Part shown: piece after piece, positions 9,564-20,063 of the stretch | How positions within the stretch are numbered: the stretch's first letter is position 1 | How the letters are laid out: each line of letters begins with the position of its first letter | DNA from: a virus | Lineage: Duplodnaviria; Caudoviricetes | Length of the DNA stretch: 64,000 nt | Strand: one strand, 5' to 3' | Virus record (IMG/VR): IMGVR_UViG_2706795940_000001 | Span: 29,687-93,686 of that record | The notes under the pieces: generated by a model | The model's database searches: none | The model's input: only the letters and a program-made list of their open reading frames with translations | Told to the model about the DNA's origin: nothing | Program-made: the position numbers and the translations under genes

Positions 9564-11593
9564 TGCATCTCATCGGATCAGACGGTTCGTCTGTCTCCGT
9601 CCTCCCGTCGCGCACCGAGGAGCTCTCCTTCGATGAGGACCGCACCGCGTTGTTCGTACCAGTCCCTGGCATGCCTGGCCCCAGGGGCAGCGACGGCGAC
9701 CAGGGGCCGAAGGGCGACAAGGGCGACCCCGGCGAACGAGGCCTGCAGGGACTGAAGGGCGACCAAGGAACCAAGGGAGACAAGGGGGACCAGGGTAACC
9801 AGGGCCCCCCGGGTGAAGTGTCGCTCGCACAGCTCAACTCCGGGCTCGATACGAAGGTTGCGAAGCGGCCGACTGGACAGAACGCCCAGGTCTACATCCG
9901 AAACGGCTCGGGAGTCGATACCGGAACCGGATACTCGAACGCGCCGGACCCCAGCACGTTCCCGATCCGTGACGCCGACGGACGAATCGGCGTGGGCGAC
10001 CCAGCAACCCCAACCCAAGCAGCGTCTAAGAACTACGTCGACACGACGACACCCAAGATCGCTGACGGCGCGGTCATCTCCGGGCCGAACAACCTGGCCG
10101 CAGCCATCGGAACCTGGGCCCCAGAATCCGCCGGATTCGTGCACATCCCGCACGTCTTCAACGACCTCGCCTACAACCGCCAACGCGGCGGTGTGTTCAC
10201 CCTGACGAAGAATGGCGTGGACACTGCACTGGCGCCGGCAACCATGGATCGAGCATTCGAGCCGAACACGAACGCCATCTCGGTGGCGCTCACCAACAAG
10301 GCTACTGACGTGTTCGTAGCCGAAGTCACAACGTGCGTCTCCTTCAGGTACGGAACCGTGGTCGGTATCGCAATGCCATCCGGCTTTCGTGGCAAGAATG
10401 TTGTGGTGGAGGGGTTTTGGAACAATGTCTGGAACGCCTTGGACACAAGGACCGACTGCGAGAGCGGCGTTGTAGTCACCCGGGTTAGCGTCCCGACGGA
10501 TGCCTCGCCTCCGCTCACCAAGCTGCGCTTCACGGTCTCGAACTTCCACTCGTCGGCCAGCTTCAGAATCTCAAGCATCTTCGCGCTCGCCTACAACTCA
10601 CCCCTTGCAGAGCAGGCGTTCGTATCACGGGCTGGCGGGGACATCTACGGCCCGCTGTCTTACAACGCGGACCCCGCGGGCGCAAACGAACTGGTGCGAA
10701 AGTCCTACGTCGACACCAAGGTTCCGAAGCTCACGGCAGGGGTAACCACCCGCGTCTATACGCGTACCCCAGCCGGAACCGACGAGGGCATCGCCTATTC
10801 GGGGTCCGCGGTCGCCGACACTTTCGCCATTCGCGACGGCAATGGGCGACTCACCGCGGCTGACCCCAGCGCCGCGGGCCACCTGACCACCAAGTCGTGG
10901 GTTGACGCTCAGATCGCCACTCGTGAAGCCACTGCGAACAAGGGGGTCGCGAATGGATACGCTGGCCTCGACGCCGGTGGCAAGGTCCCGATCAGCCAGC
11001 TCCCGTCGTCGATCATGGAGTACAAGGGCGTGTGGAACGCCGCGACGAACACTCCAGCATTGTCTAACGGAACTGGCGACACCGGCGACGTCTACCGGGT
11101 GACCGCGGCTGGTACGCGCAACCTCGGATCGGGGAACATTGAGTTCGCCGTTGGCGACTATGTGGTGTACAACGCAGCTGGTCAGTGGGAGAAGTCGGAC
11201 ACCACCGACTCGGTCGCGAGTGTCGCCGGCAAGGTCGGCGTCGTGACGCTGGTCAAGGGCGACGTCGGACTCGGCAACGTCGACAACACGAGCGACCTCA
11301 ACAAGCCGGTGAGTACCGCAACGCAGACGGCACTGAACGGCAAGGTCAACGCGATCACCGAGCCGTGGAAAATCTACTCCACGAGCGACACGGGCTTGCA
11401 TGGACTCGACTTCGCCGGCAACGCCCCGACGCCGTGGACGATCGTTCAGCGCGGCGAGGGTGGTCGAACCAAGGTCGGCACGCCAGTCGATTCCGATGAT
11501 GCGACCACCAAGGCCTACGTGGATGCCAAGGCCCCTGTCATCGGCCCACTGCCCGCGACCGGCCAACCCGGCGTTCTCTACGTGGTGCCCTGA
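9563..11593 (+). CDS. Tail fibre / collagen-repeat minor tail protein
   Basis: Long G-X-Y run, repeated K.YVD fibre motifs, NKGVANGYAGLD and VGLGNVDNTSD motifs. Confidence 0.85.
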   Translation: MHLIGSDGSSVSVLPSRTEELSFDEDRTALFVPVPGMPGPRGSDGDQGPKGDKGDPGERGLQGLKGDQGTKGDKGDQGNQGPPGEVSLAQLNSGLDTKVAKRPTGQNAQVYIRNGSGVDTGTGYSNAPDPSTFPIRDADGRIGVGDPATPTQAASKNYVDTTTPKIADGAVISGPNNLAAAIGTWAPESAGFVHIPHVFNDLAYNRQRGGVFTLTKNGVDTALAPATMDRAFEPNTNAISVALTNKATDVFVAEVTTCVSFRYGTVVGIAMPSGFRGKNVVVEGFWNNVWNALDTRTDCESGVVVTRVSVPTDASPPLTKLRFTVSNFHSSASFRISSIFALAYNSPLAEQAFVSRAGGDIYGPLSYNADPAGANELVRKSYVDTKVPKLTAGVTTRVYTRTPAGTDEGIAYSGSAVADTFAIRDGNGRLTAADPSAAGHLTTKSWVDAQIATREATANKGVANGYAGLDAGGKVPISQLPSSIMEYKGVWNAATNTPALSNGTGDTGDVYRVTAAGTRNLGSGNIEFAVGDYVVYNAAGQWEKSDTTDSVASVAGKVGVVTLVKGDVGLGNVDNTSDLNKPVSTATQTALNGKVNAITEPWKIYSTSDTGLHGLDFAGNAPTPWTIVQRGEGGRTKVGTPVDSDDATTKAYVDAKAPVIGPLPATGQPGVLYVVP

Positions 11594-12522
11594 TGCCCGG
11601 GTTGTTCACGACGGGCGATGGCACCACATTCTCCGAGTATCAGCCGCGGATCTGGAACGGAGCCGAGTTCGTCGCACCCACTGGGCAGTGCTACATCTGG
11701 GACGGGGCACAGTTCGTCAAGGTGTGGCCGGCAGCCGGACGTCAGCGCATGAACAAGGCTGGCGACTTCGCAATCAACGGGGTCGCCACCCCGGTCACCG
11801 ACTGGGGCTCAGACCCCACCTTCCCCGCAACGCTGCAGTCCTACGGGATGGCTGCTCAGGGCGGCGGCACCGTCACGATTCACGCGCTAGTTTGGATCAC
11901 TCGAAACTCCACCTCTGGCAGCATCGTGGTGCAGCTCAAGGTGAATGCCGCGGTCGTAGACCAGATAAGCGCCCCCGCGGGCACTATCACCGGGAGTGGC
12001 CGGCCACACCATCTGATGTGGACCGGAACCATCAACCATGGCGACCTCGTGCACCTCAATGGTCAGCGCACCATTTCGACATCGGGCGCACTGTTGGCCG
12101 GCAGCTACGTGTACGTGGAGCCAGGCAACACGACGTACACGATGCGCCGAGCATGGAAGACGTCTTCGCAGAGCCTCACGGCGACGCGATCCACGATCAC
12201 CAACATGGCCATCGACCCCCGGTACGGGAGCAGTGTCAACAGTAGTCAACTGGTGGTTGACACTGCCGGCGCGGGAATCGCGCGCGCGGCTGTGCAGATA
12301 ACGGATACAACCTCGTCGTCTTGCACCCTGTTCCTCATGAAGAACGGTGTCGAGATCGGGTCAGTGTCGTTCGCTGCCGGCGAGAGTGGCACGAAGTGGA
12401 TCGAGGTTCCGACCACGTTCGTCTCGAATGACATGTTGCGGCTCGAAGGCGTACGCGCCACTGCCGGCCGAGCCGTCGGACTCGGTACCACCATCGAGGC
12501 ATTGATCCCGACCGTGGTGTAA
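11593..12522 (+). CDS. Minor tail / fibre-associated protein
   Basis: 309 aa, beta-rich; TGATG coupling to the fibre gene. Confidence 0.6.
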   Translation: MPGLFTTGDGTTFSEYQPRIWNGAEFVAPTGQCYIWDGAQFVKVWPAAGRQRMNKAGDFAINGVATPVTDWGSDPTFPATLQSYGMAAQGGGTVTIHALVWITRNSTSGSIVVQLKVNAAVVDQISAPAGTITGSGRPHHLMWTGTINHGDLVHLNGQRTISTSGALLAGSYVYVEPGNTTYTMRRAWKTSSQSLTATRSTITNMAIDPRYGSSVNSSQLVVDTAGAGIARAAVQITDTTSSSCTLFLMKNGVEIGSVSFAAGESGTKWIEVPTTFVSNDMLRLEGVRATAGRAVGLGTTIEALIPTVV

Positions 12523-12523
12523 C

Positions 12524-12859
12524 TCAGACCGCCTCGCTGAACGCCCTCATAACGTGTTGCGGCACACGGCCTTTGGCTGACACCTCGTAGCCATTGTCCC
12601 GCGCCCACTGGCGTACCGCGCGGAGGTCTGTGGCGTCTTCGGACGGCGCCGCTCGCACCATGCGCTTGCGCCCTCCAACTCGTGTCGCCGCGGTGACGAA
12701 CTTGTCGAGGGCCTTCTCGAACTTCATGATGTTGGTTGTGCGCAGATCGATCTCGTAATCCACGCCCTGGAAAGAGAACGAGACGGTGCCGCCCTCGCCC
12801 TCCTCGATCGGCTTGTTGTCCAGATCGTCCACCATCAGAACCTGGGGAATTCTAGCCAT
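12524..12859 (-). CDS. lsr2: Lsr2-like nucleoid-associated DNA-bridging protein
   Basis: VDDLD, YEIDL, VRQWARDNGYEVSAKGRVP motifs. Confidence 0.93.
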   Translation of the reverse strand: MARIPQVLMVDDLDNKPIEEGEGGTVSFSFQGVDYEIDLRTTNIMKFEKALDKFVTAATRVGGRKRMVRAAPSEDATDLRAVRQWARDNGYEVSAKGRVPQHVMRAFSEAV

Positions 12860-13382
12860 GTCCGGAGCCCTCCTTTAGTTGCATTCCCTCTAGATTTAGT
12901 TCAGTAAGTCGAATTGCAGTATCGGCGATCCAGCGGCAATCGCCGGTTCCGGAAATCTTCGGAATTGAGTGCGATCCCGACTCCCATTCGGCCCCCTCTC
13001 GGCCGCACGCGACTCTGAACTTAGTCCATGCGTCGGTGGGCCTGTCGCCCAGGATGCCGTAGGGGGTGCGGATGCTCCGAGTCCTGCTCTCCATCCACGT
13101 GGCATCGTCAACGCAGTCGGTGATCGCACCGGTGCACGCGTCCTGGAGTCGCACGTAGATCTCGGAGCAATTCTGCCCGCAGTCGGCCACATACGCCGGC
13201 GGTTCAACCTTCGGCTCGTCGTCTCCGACAACGTTGAATACCAGCCCGACCAGGCCCGCGACAGCCGCCACAACAACGACACCAGTGAGGCAGTACACGA
13301 CCCATCTGGGTATCCGTATTTCTAGTTGTCTCGTCTGTCTATCCACACGCTGCATACTAGCGTTGTTCAGGTCACACCACAA
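12852..13382 (-). CDS. Membrane-anchored Cys-rich protein (start uncertain, possibly 13355)
   Basis: One TM helix followed by a domain with 6 Cys; overlaps the lsr2 start. Confidence 0.6.
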   Translation of the reverse strand: MWCDLNNASMQRVDRQTRQLEIRIPRWVVYCLTGVVVVAAVAGLVGLVFNVVGDDEPKVEPPAYVADCGQNCSEIYVRLQDACTGAITDCVDDATWMESRTRSIRTPYGILGDRPTDAWTKFRVACGREGAEWESGSHSIPKISGTGDCRWIADTAIRLTELNLEGMQLKEGSGHG

Positions 13383-13383
13383 T

Positions 13384-13425
13384 ACCGGCAGGGCCCCACT
13401 CGAAATTGAGTGGGGCCCTGCCGGT
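13384..13425 (+). terminator. 18-bp perfect hairpin, likely terminator
   Basis: ACCGGCAGGGCCCCACTC-GAAATT-GAGTGGGGCCCTGCCGGT followed by TTCTGTT. Confidence 0.7.
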
Positions 13426-13675
13426 TTCTGTTGCGTCGTCGCCTAAAGCGTGCAACTCCTTTCTGTTTGGCATTTCGAATTGATGTCAAGTCTTGATGGT
13501 GGCTCCCGTGCCTTCATTCTGTCTCCCCCCTTCTGTCTAACTGGTGATTCTGAGTTTAGACACGTGGCGTTGACCACGTCAACCCCCGGTTATGTGTGTG
13601 CTGTACCACTGATTTGGGCAATGGTCTGATACCGTCTGTCTAGCCGTTGCGGCAGCCAGTAGACAGGAGAGCAAT

Positions 13676-13870
13676 TTGGCCCACGAAGAGCCAACCCCGG
13701 CGCAACTGAGAGCCACCTACGACGCAGTCCAGAACTGGCTCGACAGTCTCGAAACCGTTCTGGACGTCTTCGAGTCCCTGGGGCTTCTGCCGCAGGTTGA
13801 GGTCGTCGCGAACCTCCACGGATCGCTCGAGCGGTCCATCGAGGATGCGATGGCAGGAGCCAGCGAGTGA
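13676..13870 (+). CDS. Hypothetical protein
   Basis: RBS AGGAG, TTG start, GTGA-coupled to xseA. Confidence 0.6.
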   Translation: MAHEEPTPAQLRATYDAVQNWLDSLETVLDVFESLGLLPQVEVVANLHGSLERSIEDAMAGASE

Positions 13871-15033
13871 AGGCATCAGAGGATGCCCCGTGGTCCGTCG
13901 CCCGGTACAACCAGGAGGTCGGGAAGTACGTCGACCGGCTCGGTGACATCTGGGTTGAGGGTCAACTCGTCCGCGTGCACCGACCGAAGGGGCACGTCGT
14001 CTTCATCGAGATGCGCGACGTGGAGAAGAAGCAGTCGATCTCTGTCACAGCCTCGGCCGGCGTCGTTCCGCGCGACATCTCCGACGGCGATCACGTCAAG
14101 GTTTTCGGCCACCCCCAGTATTGGAACTCCCGGGGAAGCCTGTCGCTGCGGATCAGCCAGATCATGGCAGTCGGGGTCGGGGCGCTCCAGAACGAGCTCG
14201 AGACCCGCGAGGCGAAGCTGGAGGCCGAGGGCCTCTTCCATCCACGCCACAAGCAGGCGCTCCCGCGTGTTCCGAAGTGCATCGGCCTGATCACCGCACC
14301 GAATAGCGACGCGGAGAAGGACGTGCTCAGCGTCGCGCGAGGACGGTGGTCGAGCGTCAGCTTCAAGCTGTCCCACATCAACGTCCAGGGGCAGCGCTGC
14401 GCCGGCGCGGCGAAGCGAGCCATCGAGGAGTTCGACGCGGACCCGGGCGTGGACGTCATCATCCTGGCCCGCGGCGGCGGCTCGAAGGAAGACCTCCTCC
14501 CGTGGTCCGACGAGGCTCTGGTTCGCGCCGCGTTCGCGTCTGCAACCCCGGTTGTGTCTGCGATTGGCCACGAGAATGATCGGCCGCTCCTCGACCGCGT
14601 TGTGGACCTTCGAGCGGCAACTCCGACGGATGCAGCGAAACGTGTCGTACCCGACGTGCACACTGAGGTCCGACAGATCGAACAGATGTTCGAACGAATT
14701 GGAGACTCAGTTGCTGGACGCATTCAGAACAGCGAACTCCGCATCGACTCGATGCTCGACCGTGTCGCCGGCGCTGTGGTCAGCGAGCTTTCATCGGCCG
14801 ACCGTCGGACCGACACCGCCCTGAATGCGGTTCTCAGCAATTCAGCAGCCCAGCTGGCCAGCCACAATCGCCGCATCGACGCCCTCGGCGAGACCCTGGC
14901 CGCACTCGACCACCAGAAGGTCCTCAACCGCGGATACGCGGTCATCTCTGGCGTCAGCGGGCCGAACCCGCCGGCTGGAATCCAATTCACCGTGACAACC
15001 AAGGACGGCACCTTCACCGCCGTCACCGCATAG
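13867..15033 (+). CDS. xseA: Exodeoxyribonuclease VII large subunit
   Basis: WVEGQ, IILARGGGSKEDL, SAIGHEND, AATPTDAA, VLNRGYA motifs. Confidence 0.95.
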   Translation: MKASEDAPWSVARYNQEVGKYVDRLGDIWVEGQLVRVHRPKGHVVFIEMRDVEKKQSISVTASAGVVPRDISDGDHVKVFGHPQYWNSRGSLSLRISQIMAVGVGALQNELETREAKLEAEGLFHPRHKQALPRVPKCIGLITAPNSDAEKDVLSVARGRWSSVSFKLSHINVQGQRCAGAAKRAIEEFDADPGVDVIILARGGGSKEDLLPWSDEALVRAAFASATPVVSAIGHENDRPLLDRVVDLRAATPTDAAKRVVPDVHTEVRQIEQMFERIGDSVAGRIQNSELRIDSMLDRVAGAVVSELSSADRRTDTALNAVLSNSAAQLASHNRRIDALGETLAALDHQKVLNRGYAVISGVSGPNPPAGIQFTVTTKDGTFTAVTA

Positions 15034-15036
15034 AAG

Positions 15037-15246
15037 ATGGAGAACAATAGCGTGAGCACACCCTCATACGAGCAGTCGTTGGCCGAGCTGGAAGGCATCG
15101 TGAGCACGATCGCCAGCGGAAAGCTGACGATGGACGAGCTCTTCCCAGCCTGGGAGCGCGCCCTGGAGCTCAAGAAGGTCTGCAAGCAGCACCTCCGAGT
15201 CGCTCACGAGAAGCTCGAGCGCGTGTCCGCGGAGGTCCAGGGCTGA
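15037..15246 (+). CDS. xseB: Exodeoxyribonuclease VII small subunit
   Basis: SYEQSLAELEGIV...WERALEL...C; adjacent to xseA. Confidence 0.9.
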   Translation: MENNSVSTPSYEQSLAELEGIVSTIASGKLTMDELFPAWERALELKKVCKQHLRVAHEKLERVSAEVQG

Positions 15247-16642
15247 TGCTCCCCACGTCGAAAGCGGCGGTGCTGCACAAGAAGGCTTCGGCGCCGTATC
15301 AGTACTTCGGTCCATTCGACGACCCGGGCGAGGCCGAGGAGTACATCGCCAACCGCGAACTCACGATGGCCTACGTCATCGAACTGAGGCAGCCGTGATC
15401 GAGGCCCCGGAAGGAATGACGTTGACTTACAACATCTGTGAGATCTGGGTTCGCGATGGCGACCTCGGTGACGGGAACAATCCCTACGCCACCCTGGCCT
15501 ACGACGTCGCCGGTCAGTTCTTCATCTCGTCCATCGAATCCCGAATCGCCAAAGTCTGGAAGCCGGGAGAAGTCGACGTCATCACTCGCTACGACGCCCA
15601 CCCCCGATACGCAGGAGCGCACACACAATGACCAGCCCAGCCGATGTGTACTACGACCGAATGAACGACATGTTCGTCGAGTTCATCGAGTCGAGGATCA
15701 ACGCCGACCTGGCACGACTGAAGTACCAGGACGTGACCACCCACGTGTTCTCAACGATCATCCCGAATGGCAGCATCCGCCGGCGCAATGTGGATGAGGT
15801 CGCAGTGGCCCAGCTCAACACGATCAAGCGGCTCATCACTGCGACTCGACCACTCTCTGCCCAGGCTCGCTGGGCCATCCTGGATGAGACGGCACGGTCA
15901 CAGAAGACCTGGCGCGATGCCGAAGACTTTCCGCTCAAGGACTTCCAGCGACGCTACTTCCGGAAGATCACTCACGTCCCCAACTGGACCAAGGTGTTTT
16001 GCGAAGAGATCAACGCCACCTTCATGTGGGTCGACGACAAGCTGTACTACTTCGATCCGGAGAGGGATGACTTCGCGGACGAGATCTCCGACTACTGGAC
16101 GCTCGACGAGATCCTCCAGAAGACCACATGGGTGACCGCGATCGAGGTCGAAGAGTGGGCCATCCACACACCAACGTGGTGGGAGTCGCTCCGAGACGAC
16201 TTTGTTGGCATCCAGGACTGTGGTGCCAACCCTGACGGGAACTGCTGCGGAGAGCCACCGAGGTTCTCGTACGAACCCAAGCCCCCCAAGGGAACTCGCA
16301 GCATCCGCAAGGGCAACTTGCAGAATCACTACGCCAGCTGACCACGCCGAAAGGGTGCCAGCGGCCATTGTGCAACACAGTGGCCACTGGTACCCTTTCT
16401 AATATCCAACGCAACAGTAGACAGGAGAGAAGATGGCTTACGTGTTCGACAAGGAAGAATTGGCCGGCATCGCGAAGGCGCTCGGGGTGATCCAGGACAT
16501 CGCCGAAGGGTTCGTCGGCGGTGAGCTGCGGATCGACATGGATCCGCTGCCCGTGATCAACAACAGCGACAAGATCGTCGGCCACTTCCAGTGGGACAAC
16601 GGATTCGTCGGTTTCGCACCAGCCGAGGGGAAGTTCGATTGA
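15246..16642 (+). CDS. Run of four hypothetical genes (15246-15398, 15395-15631, 15628-16341, 16433-16642)
   Basis: Coupled starts/stops or clear RBS; no recognisable motifs. Confidence 0.55.
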
Positions 16643-17406
16643 CCATCTACTTCACGGCCGACCTGCATCTCGGTCACAAGAAGCCGCAGTTGGGCCGTAT
16701 CCACCTGGTTCGCCAGGAGTGGCAAAACCGGCCGGTTGATGGAATGCGGCCCGAGTACGTCATGATGCAGAACTTCCGGTCGACCCTCACCAAGCGCGAC
16801 CAGCTGTGGATCCTTGGCGATCTATCCGCGGGTGGATCCCAGGCCCAGCGCGACGCCCTTGCAACTCTGGCTCAGTTGCGAACCGACACAGGTGCGGAGT
16901 TCCACCTCATCCCGGGCAACCATGACGGCTGCCACCCCCAGTTCCGCACCGCGAAGAAGTGGTGGCCGGAATACCTCGAGGTGTTCGACACCATCATGCC
17001 GTTCGCGGCCCGCAAGATCGCCGGCCACAACGTGTGCCTGAGTCATTACCCGTACTACGGAGACCACACCGAAGAGGACCGCCATCCACAGTGGCGACTG
17101 CGCGACACGGGCCGGTGGCTTCTGCATGGCCATACGCACCAGAGCTCGCCCCTGACCGTGCTTCAGTGGGACGACCAGGGACTCTACTCGAAGCTCGTCC
17201 CCATGCATACGCGGCATCCCGATATCCCAACCCGGTTCGAGAACGTCAACTTCAGAGAACTGGACGGCACGCCGACGCGCGTGGTTCAGCCTGGCGATTC
17301 CGAACTTCGTCGCACCATCAATGTCGGTGTTGACGCCTGGGGTCTATGGCCCGTGTCACTCGAGACCATCGCCGACCTCATCACCAAGCTGGAGGGGGAG
17401 CAGTGA
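16639..17406 (+). CDS. Calcineurin-like metallophosphoesterase
   Basis: DLHLGH, LGD, GNHD, HGHTH, NVGVD motifs. Confidence 0.92.
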   Translation: MTIYFTADLHLGHKKPQLGRIHLVRQEWQNRPVDGMRPEYVMMQNFRSTLTKRDQLWILGDLSAGGSQAQRDALATLAQLRTDTGAEFHLIPGNHDGCHPQFRTAKKWWPEYLEVFDTIMPFAARKIAGHNVCLSHYPYYGDHTEEDRHPQWRLRDTGRWLLHGHTHQSSPLTVLQWDDQGLYSKLVPMHTRHPDIPTRFENVNFRELDGTPTRVVQPGDSELRRTINVGVDAWGLWPVSLETIADLITKLEGEQ

Positions 17407-17915
17407 CCTGGATCGGCACGCCTGTCATGATCGGGCTGTTCGTTGTCGTGTTCTTCGTCGTGATGGCTGCCTGGGCTGTATTCGCGCGGCAGGCGGATGG
17501 CTTGCTCGGCATCCCGCTGATGTTGTCCATATTTGCAGTCATCATCTGGCCGCTGTCCATTCCAGGCGAGGCCAAGTGGGTAAAGCGGGACCTCGTGTCC
17601 ATCTCTGATGGCACTGGAGTTCATGGATACTTCGTATTCGGAACCGGCTCAATCGATTCGGATGCCAGGTACCGATTCTACTGGAAGCAAGGAAACCAGC
17701 TGATGCTGGAGAACGTCCAGTCCGGATCCGCGGCCCTTTTTGAGATTGACGGACTGGAGCAGCCGTACTTCGAGACCCGAGATGGATGCAGGCCAACCCC
17801 TGACTGGCTCGGATGGTGCTGGGACACGCCAGGCCGGGGTAGTGACACCAAGTATCGAATCTACGTGCCCACCGGATCGGTGACCACGAAGATCGACCTC
17901 AACCTGAATCCGTAG
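17403..17915 (+). CDS. Membrane protein
   Basis: Two N-terminal TM helices. Confidence 0.6.
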   Translation: MTWIGTPVMIGLFVVVFFVVMAAWAVFARQADGLLGIPLMLSIFAVIIWPLSIPGEAKWVKRDLVSISDGTGVHGYFVFGTGSIDSDARYRFYWKQGNQLMLENVQSGSAALFEIDGLEQPYFETRDGCRPTPDWLGWCWDTPGRGSDTKYRIYVPTGSVTTKIDLNLNP

Positions 17916-17922
17916 GTGCAAC

Positions 17923-18375
17923 ATGCTATTTGACGAAGAAGTAATCCCAGGCACCTACGTCAGCGAGAACCTGAGAGATACGGCGATCCACGGCCGGTGC
18001 CAGTCTCGATTCCTGGTCGAGAAAGGCGCTCTGCGTCAGTGCGACCTGATCTACCGGCACGCCGGCCGGCATGCGTACCTGCTGCCGTCCGGGTACCCGA
18101 CAATCACCTGGTGGGACGATGAGGCACAGATTCTCGGAGCCCTGGAGCAAGAGGTATTCAATCGATTGGTTATGGCGCGCGACGACGTTGCCCGGGCCAT
18201 CGAGGACGCAGAGGATGCCGTTCGATGGGCGTTCCGAAAGGCCAATGAGGCCAACAACGAACGCTTGATAGGTCTGGTCAACGAGTGCAGTGTCCACGAC
18301 TACTACCTCGACGACATCTGCGAATTCCCCTTCGACGACAGCGAATCCGACTTCGCTGCACAACTCGCACTTTAA
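17923..18375 (+). CDS. Hypothetical protein
   Basis: ORF fills the gap in the operon. Confidence 0.55.
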   Translation: MLFDEEVIPGTYVSENLRDTAIHGRCQSRFLVEKGALRQCDLIYRHAGRHAYLLPSGYPTITWWDDEAQILGALEQEVFNRLVMARDDVARAIEDAEDAVRWAFRKANEANNERLIGLVNECSVHDYYLDDICEFPFDDSESDFAAQLAL

Positions 18376-18396
18376 CCAGAGAAAGAAGGTTATGAC

Positions 18397-19614
18397 ATGC
18401 CCGAAATGATCGCACCCAAGGTGCTCAACTACGCATCGATCCTCGACGACATGACCACGCAGCAGGCCGGCGAGATCTCGTCGCTGCCGTTCATCCATCC
18501 TCACGTCGCCCTCATGCCGGATGCACACGGCGGCAAAGGATCTGCCGTCGGCACGGTGATTCCCACGGTGGACGCCGTGATCCCGGCCGCGGTCGGCGTG
18601 GACATCGGCTGCGGCATGATCGGCGTGGAGACCTGGGTCCAGAAGAACGACATCGCAGATCTCAGTCTCGCGGACCTGCGCGAACGGGTCGAGATCGCCA
18701 TCCCGCTCTCGCCGGGGAACTACAACGTCGATGGGCGTTGGGCCGCGCACACCGAGGAGCGCATTGCGCGGCTCGAGGCCATGGCCGAAGAGAAGGGCGT
18801 CGACCTCAAGCATTCGCCGAAGTGGCGGGAACAGCTGGGCTCGCTCGGCGGCGGCAACCACTTCATCGAGCTGTGCGAGTCCGTGCACGAGCGTGGACCG
18901 GGCGCGATCTGGCTCTTCCTGCATTCCGGCAGCCGCGGTGTCGGCAACAAGATCGCGCAGAAGCACATCAAGATCGCCCAGAAGCTGTGCAAGAAGTGGC
19001 ACATTCAACTCGCCAACCCCGACCTCGCCTACCTGCCTTCCGGGACCGACGAATTCGGCGACTACATTCGCGAGCTCCGGTGGGCACAGGCTTTCGCGCT
19101 CGAGAACCGGGCCGAAATGATGGACCGTTTCGTCCATGTGTTCACCCGGTGGCTCGAGTACTCCGATGCCGTCGAATTCGACGAGCTCGGTCGCGACGTC
19201 GAACTCCGGCGTATCAATTGTCACCACAACTACACCGAGCGGGTCGAGATCGCCGGCAAGAAAGTGTGGCTCACGCGCAAGGGTGCAATCGACGCAAGCG
19301 AGGGTCGATATGGACTGATCCCCGGATCCATGGGCACCAAGTCCTATGTCGTCCGCGGCAAAGGGAATGAGTCCGGCCTCTTCTCTGCGCCCCATGGTGC
19401 CGGCCGTCAGTATTCGCGCACCCAGGCCAAGAAGCTGTTCACCCTGGATGACCTCGCCGACCGAATGAAGGGCATCGAATACCGCCACGGCGAAGAGTGG
19501 ATCGACGAGATCCCGGACGCCTACAAGGACATCGACCAGGTGATGGAAGATGCCAAAGACCTGGTCGAAGTCGAGGCAGTGCTGTCCCAGCTCATGAACG
19601 TGAAAGGTGTCTGA
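18397..19614 (+). CDS. rtcB: RtcB RNA-splicing/repair ligase
   Basis: MPDAH, VGVDIGCG, GGGNHFIE, HSGSRG, HHNY, PGSMG, SAPHGAGR, DEIPDAYK, NVKG. Confidence 0.97.
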   Translation: MPEMIAPKVLNYASILDDMTTQQAGEISSLPFIHPHVALMPDAHGGKGSAVGTVIPTVDAVIPAAVGVDIGCGMIGVETWVQKNDIADLSLADLRERVEIAIPLSPGNYNVDGRWAAHTEERIARLEAMAEEKGVDLKHSPKWREQLGSLGGGNHFIELCESVHERGPGAIWLFLHSGSRGVGNKIAQKHIKIAQKLCKKWHIQLANPDLAYLPSGTDEFGDYIRELRWAQAFALENRAEMMDRFVHVFTRWLEYSDAVEFDELGRDVELRRINCHHNYTERVEIAGKKVWLTRKGAIDASEGRYGLIPGSMGTKSYVVRGKGNESGLFSAPHGAGRQYSRTQAKKLFTLDDLADRMKGIEYRHGEEWIDEIPDAYKDIDQVMEDAKDLVEVEAVLSQLMNVKGV

Positions 19615-19616
19615 CA

Positions 19617-20063
19617 ATGATTCTTCTGTACATCGTTGCGGTTGCGGTCGTCCTGGGTCTGTTCGCGGTGCTTGCCTTGGCGCTTCGTGCTCCGGATGGC
19701 ATCCCCCTGTCTTTCATGACCCTTTCCGCATTCTTCGCGGTTCTCGTACTGCCCGTCGCCGGAATCTTCTGGTCGTTCGATCTCGATTACGCGGATCCGC
19801 GCGAGGAAACCTGCACGGTCCACGGCAAGCAGGAGGTCTCAGTCATGCGTGCCGAGCCAACGCCGTCACTTCGCCTGAACACCAGCTGCGGCACCCTCGA
19901 GATCGAGGAAATGATGCTCAGCGACGTCGACAATGTGTGGCCGATCTACTACTCCATCGACGCCGGCAAGACCTACAAATTCGAACTGTCCGGCCGTGAG
20001 CATTCCGCGCTCGGCGATTACACCAACATCGTGTCCGTCGTCAGCGAGGTGTCTAATGGCTAA
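19617..20063 (+). CDS. Membrane protein
   Basis: Two TM helices and a soluble C-terminal domain. Confidence 0.6.
   Translation: MILLYIVAVAVVLGLFAVLALALRAPDGIPLSFMTLSAFFAVLVLPVAGIFWSFDLDYADPREETCTVHGKQEVSVMRAEPTPSLRLNTSCGTLEIEEMMLSDVDNVWPIYYSIDAGKTYKFELSGREHSALGDYTNIVSVVSEVSNG

Noticed and set aside
9563-12522. Diversity-generating retroelement or invertible tail-fibre cassette
   Set aside because: No RT, template/variable repeat pair or invertase; repeats are ordinary collagen and fibre motifs
17926-19617. 563-aa minus-strand ORF, and similar long antisense ORFs (198-1103, 25448-26452, 40152-41393, 48890-49900)
   Set aside because: Shadow ORFs opposite clear genes, expected from high-GC codon bias
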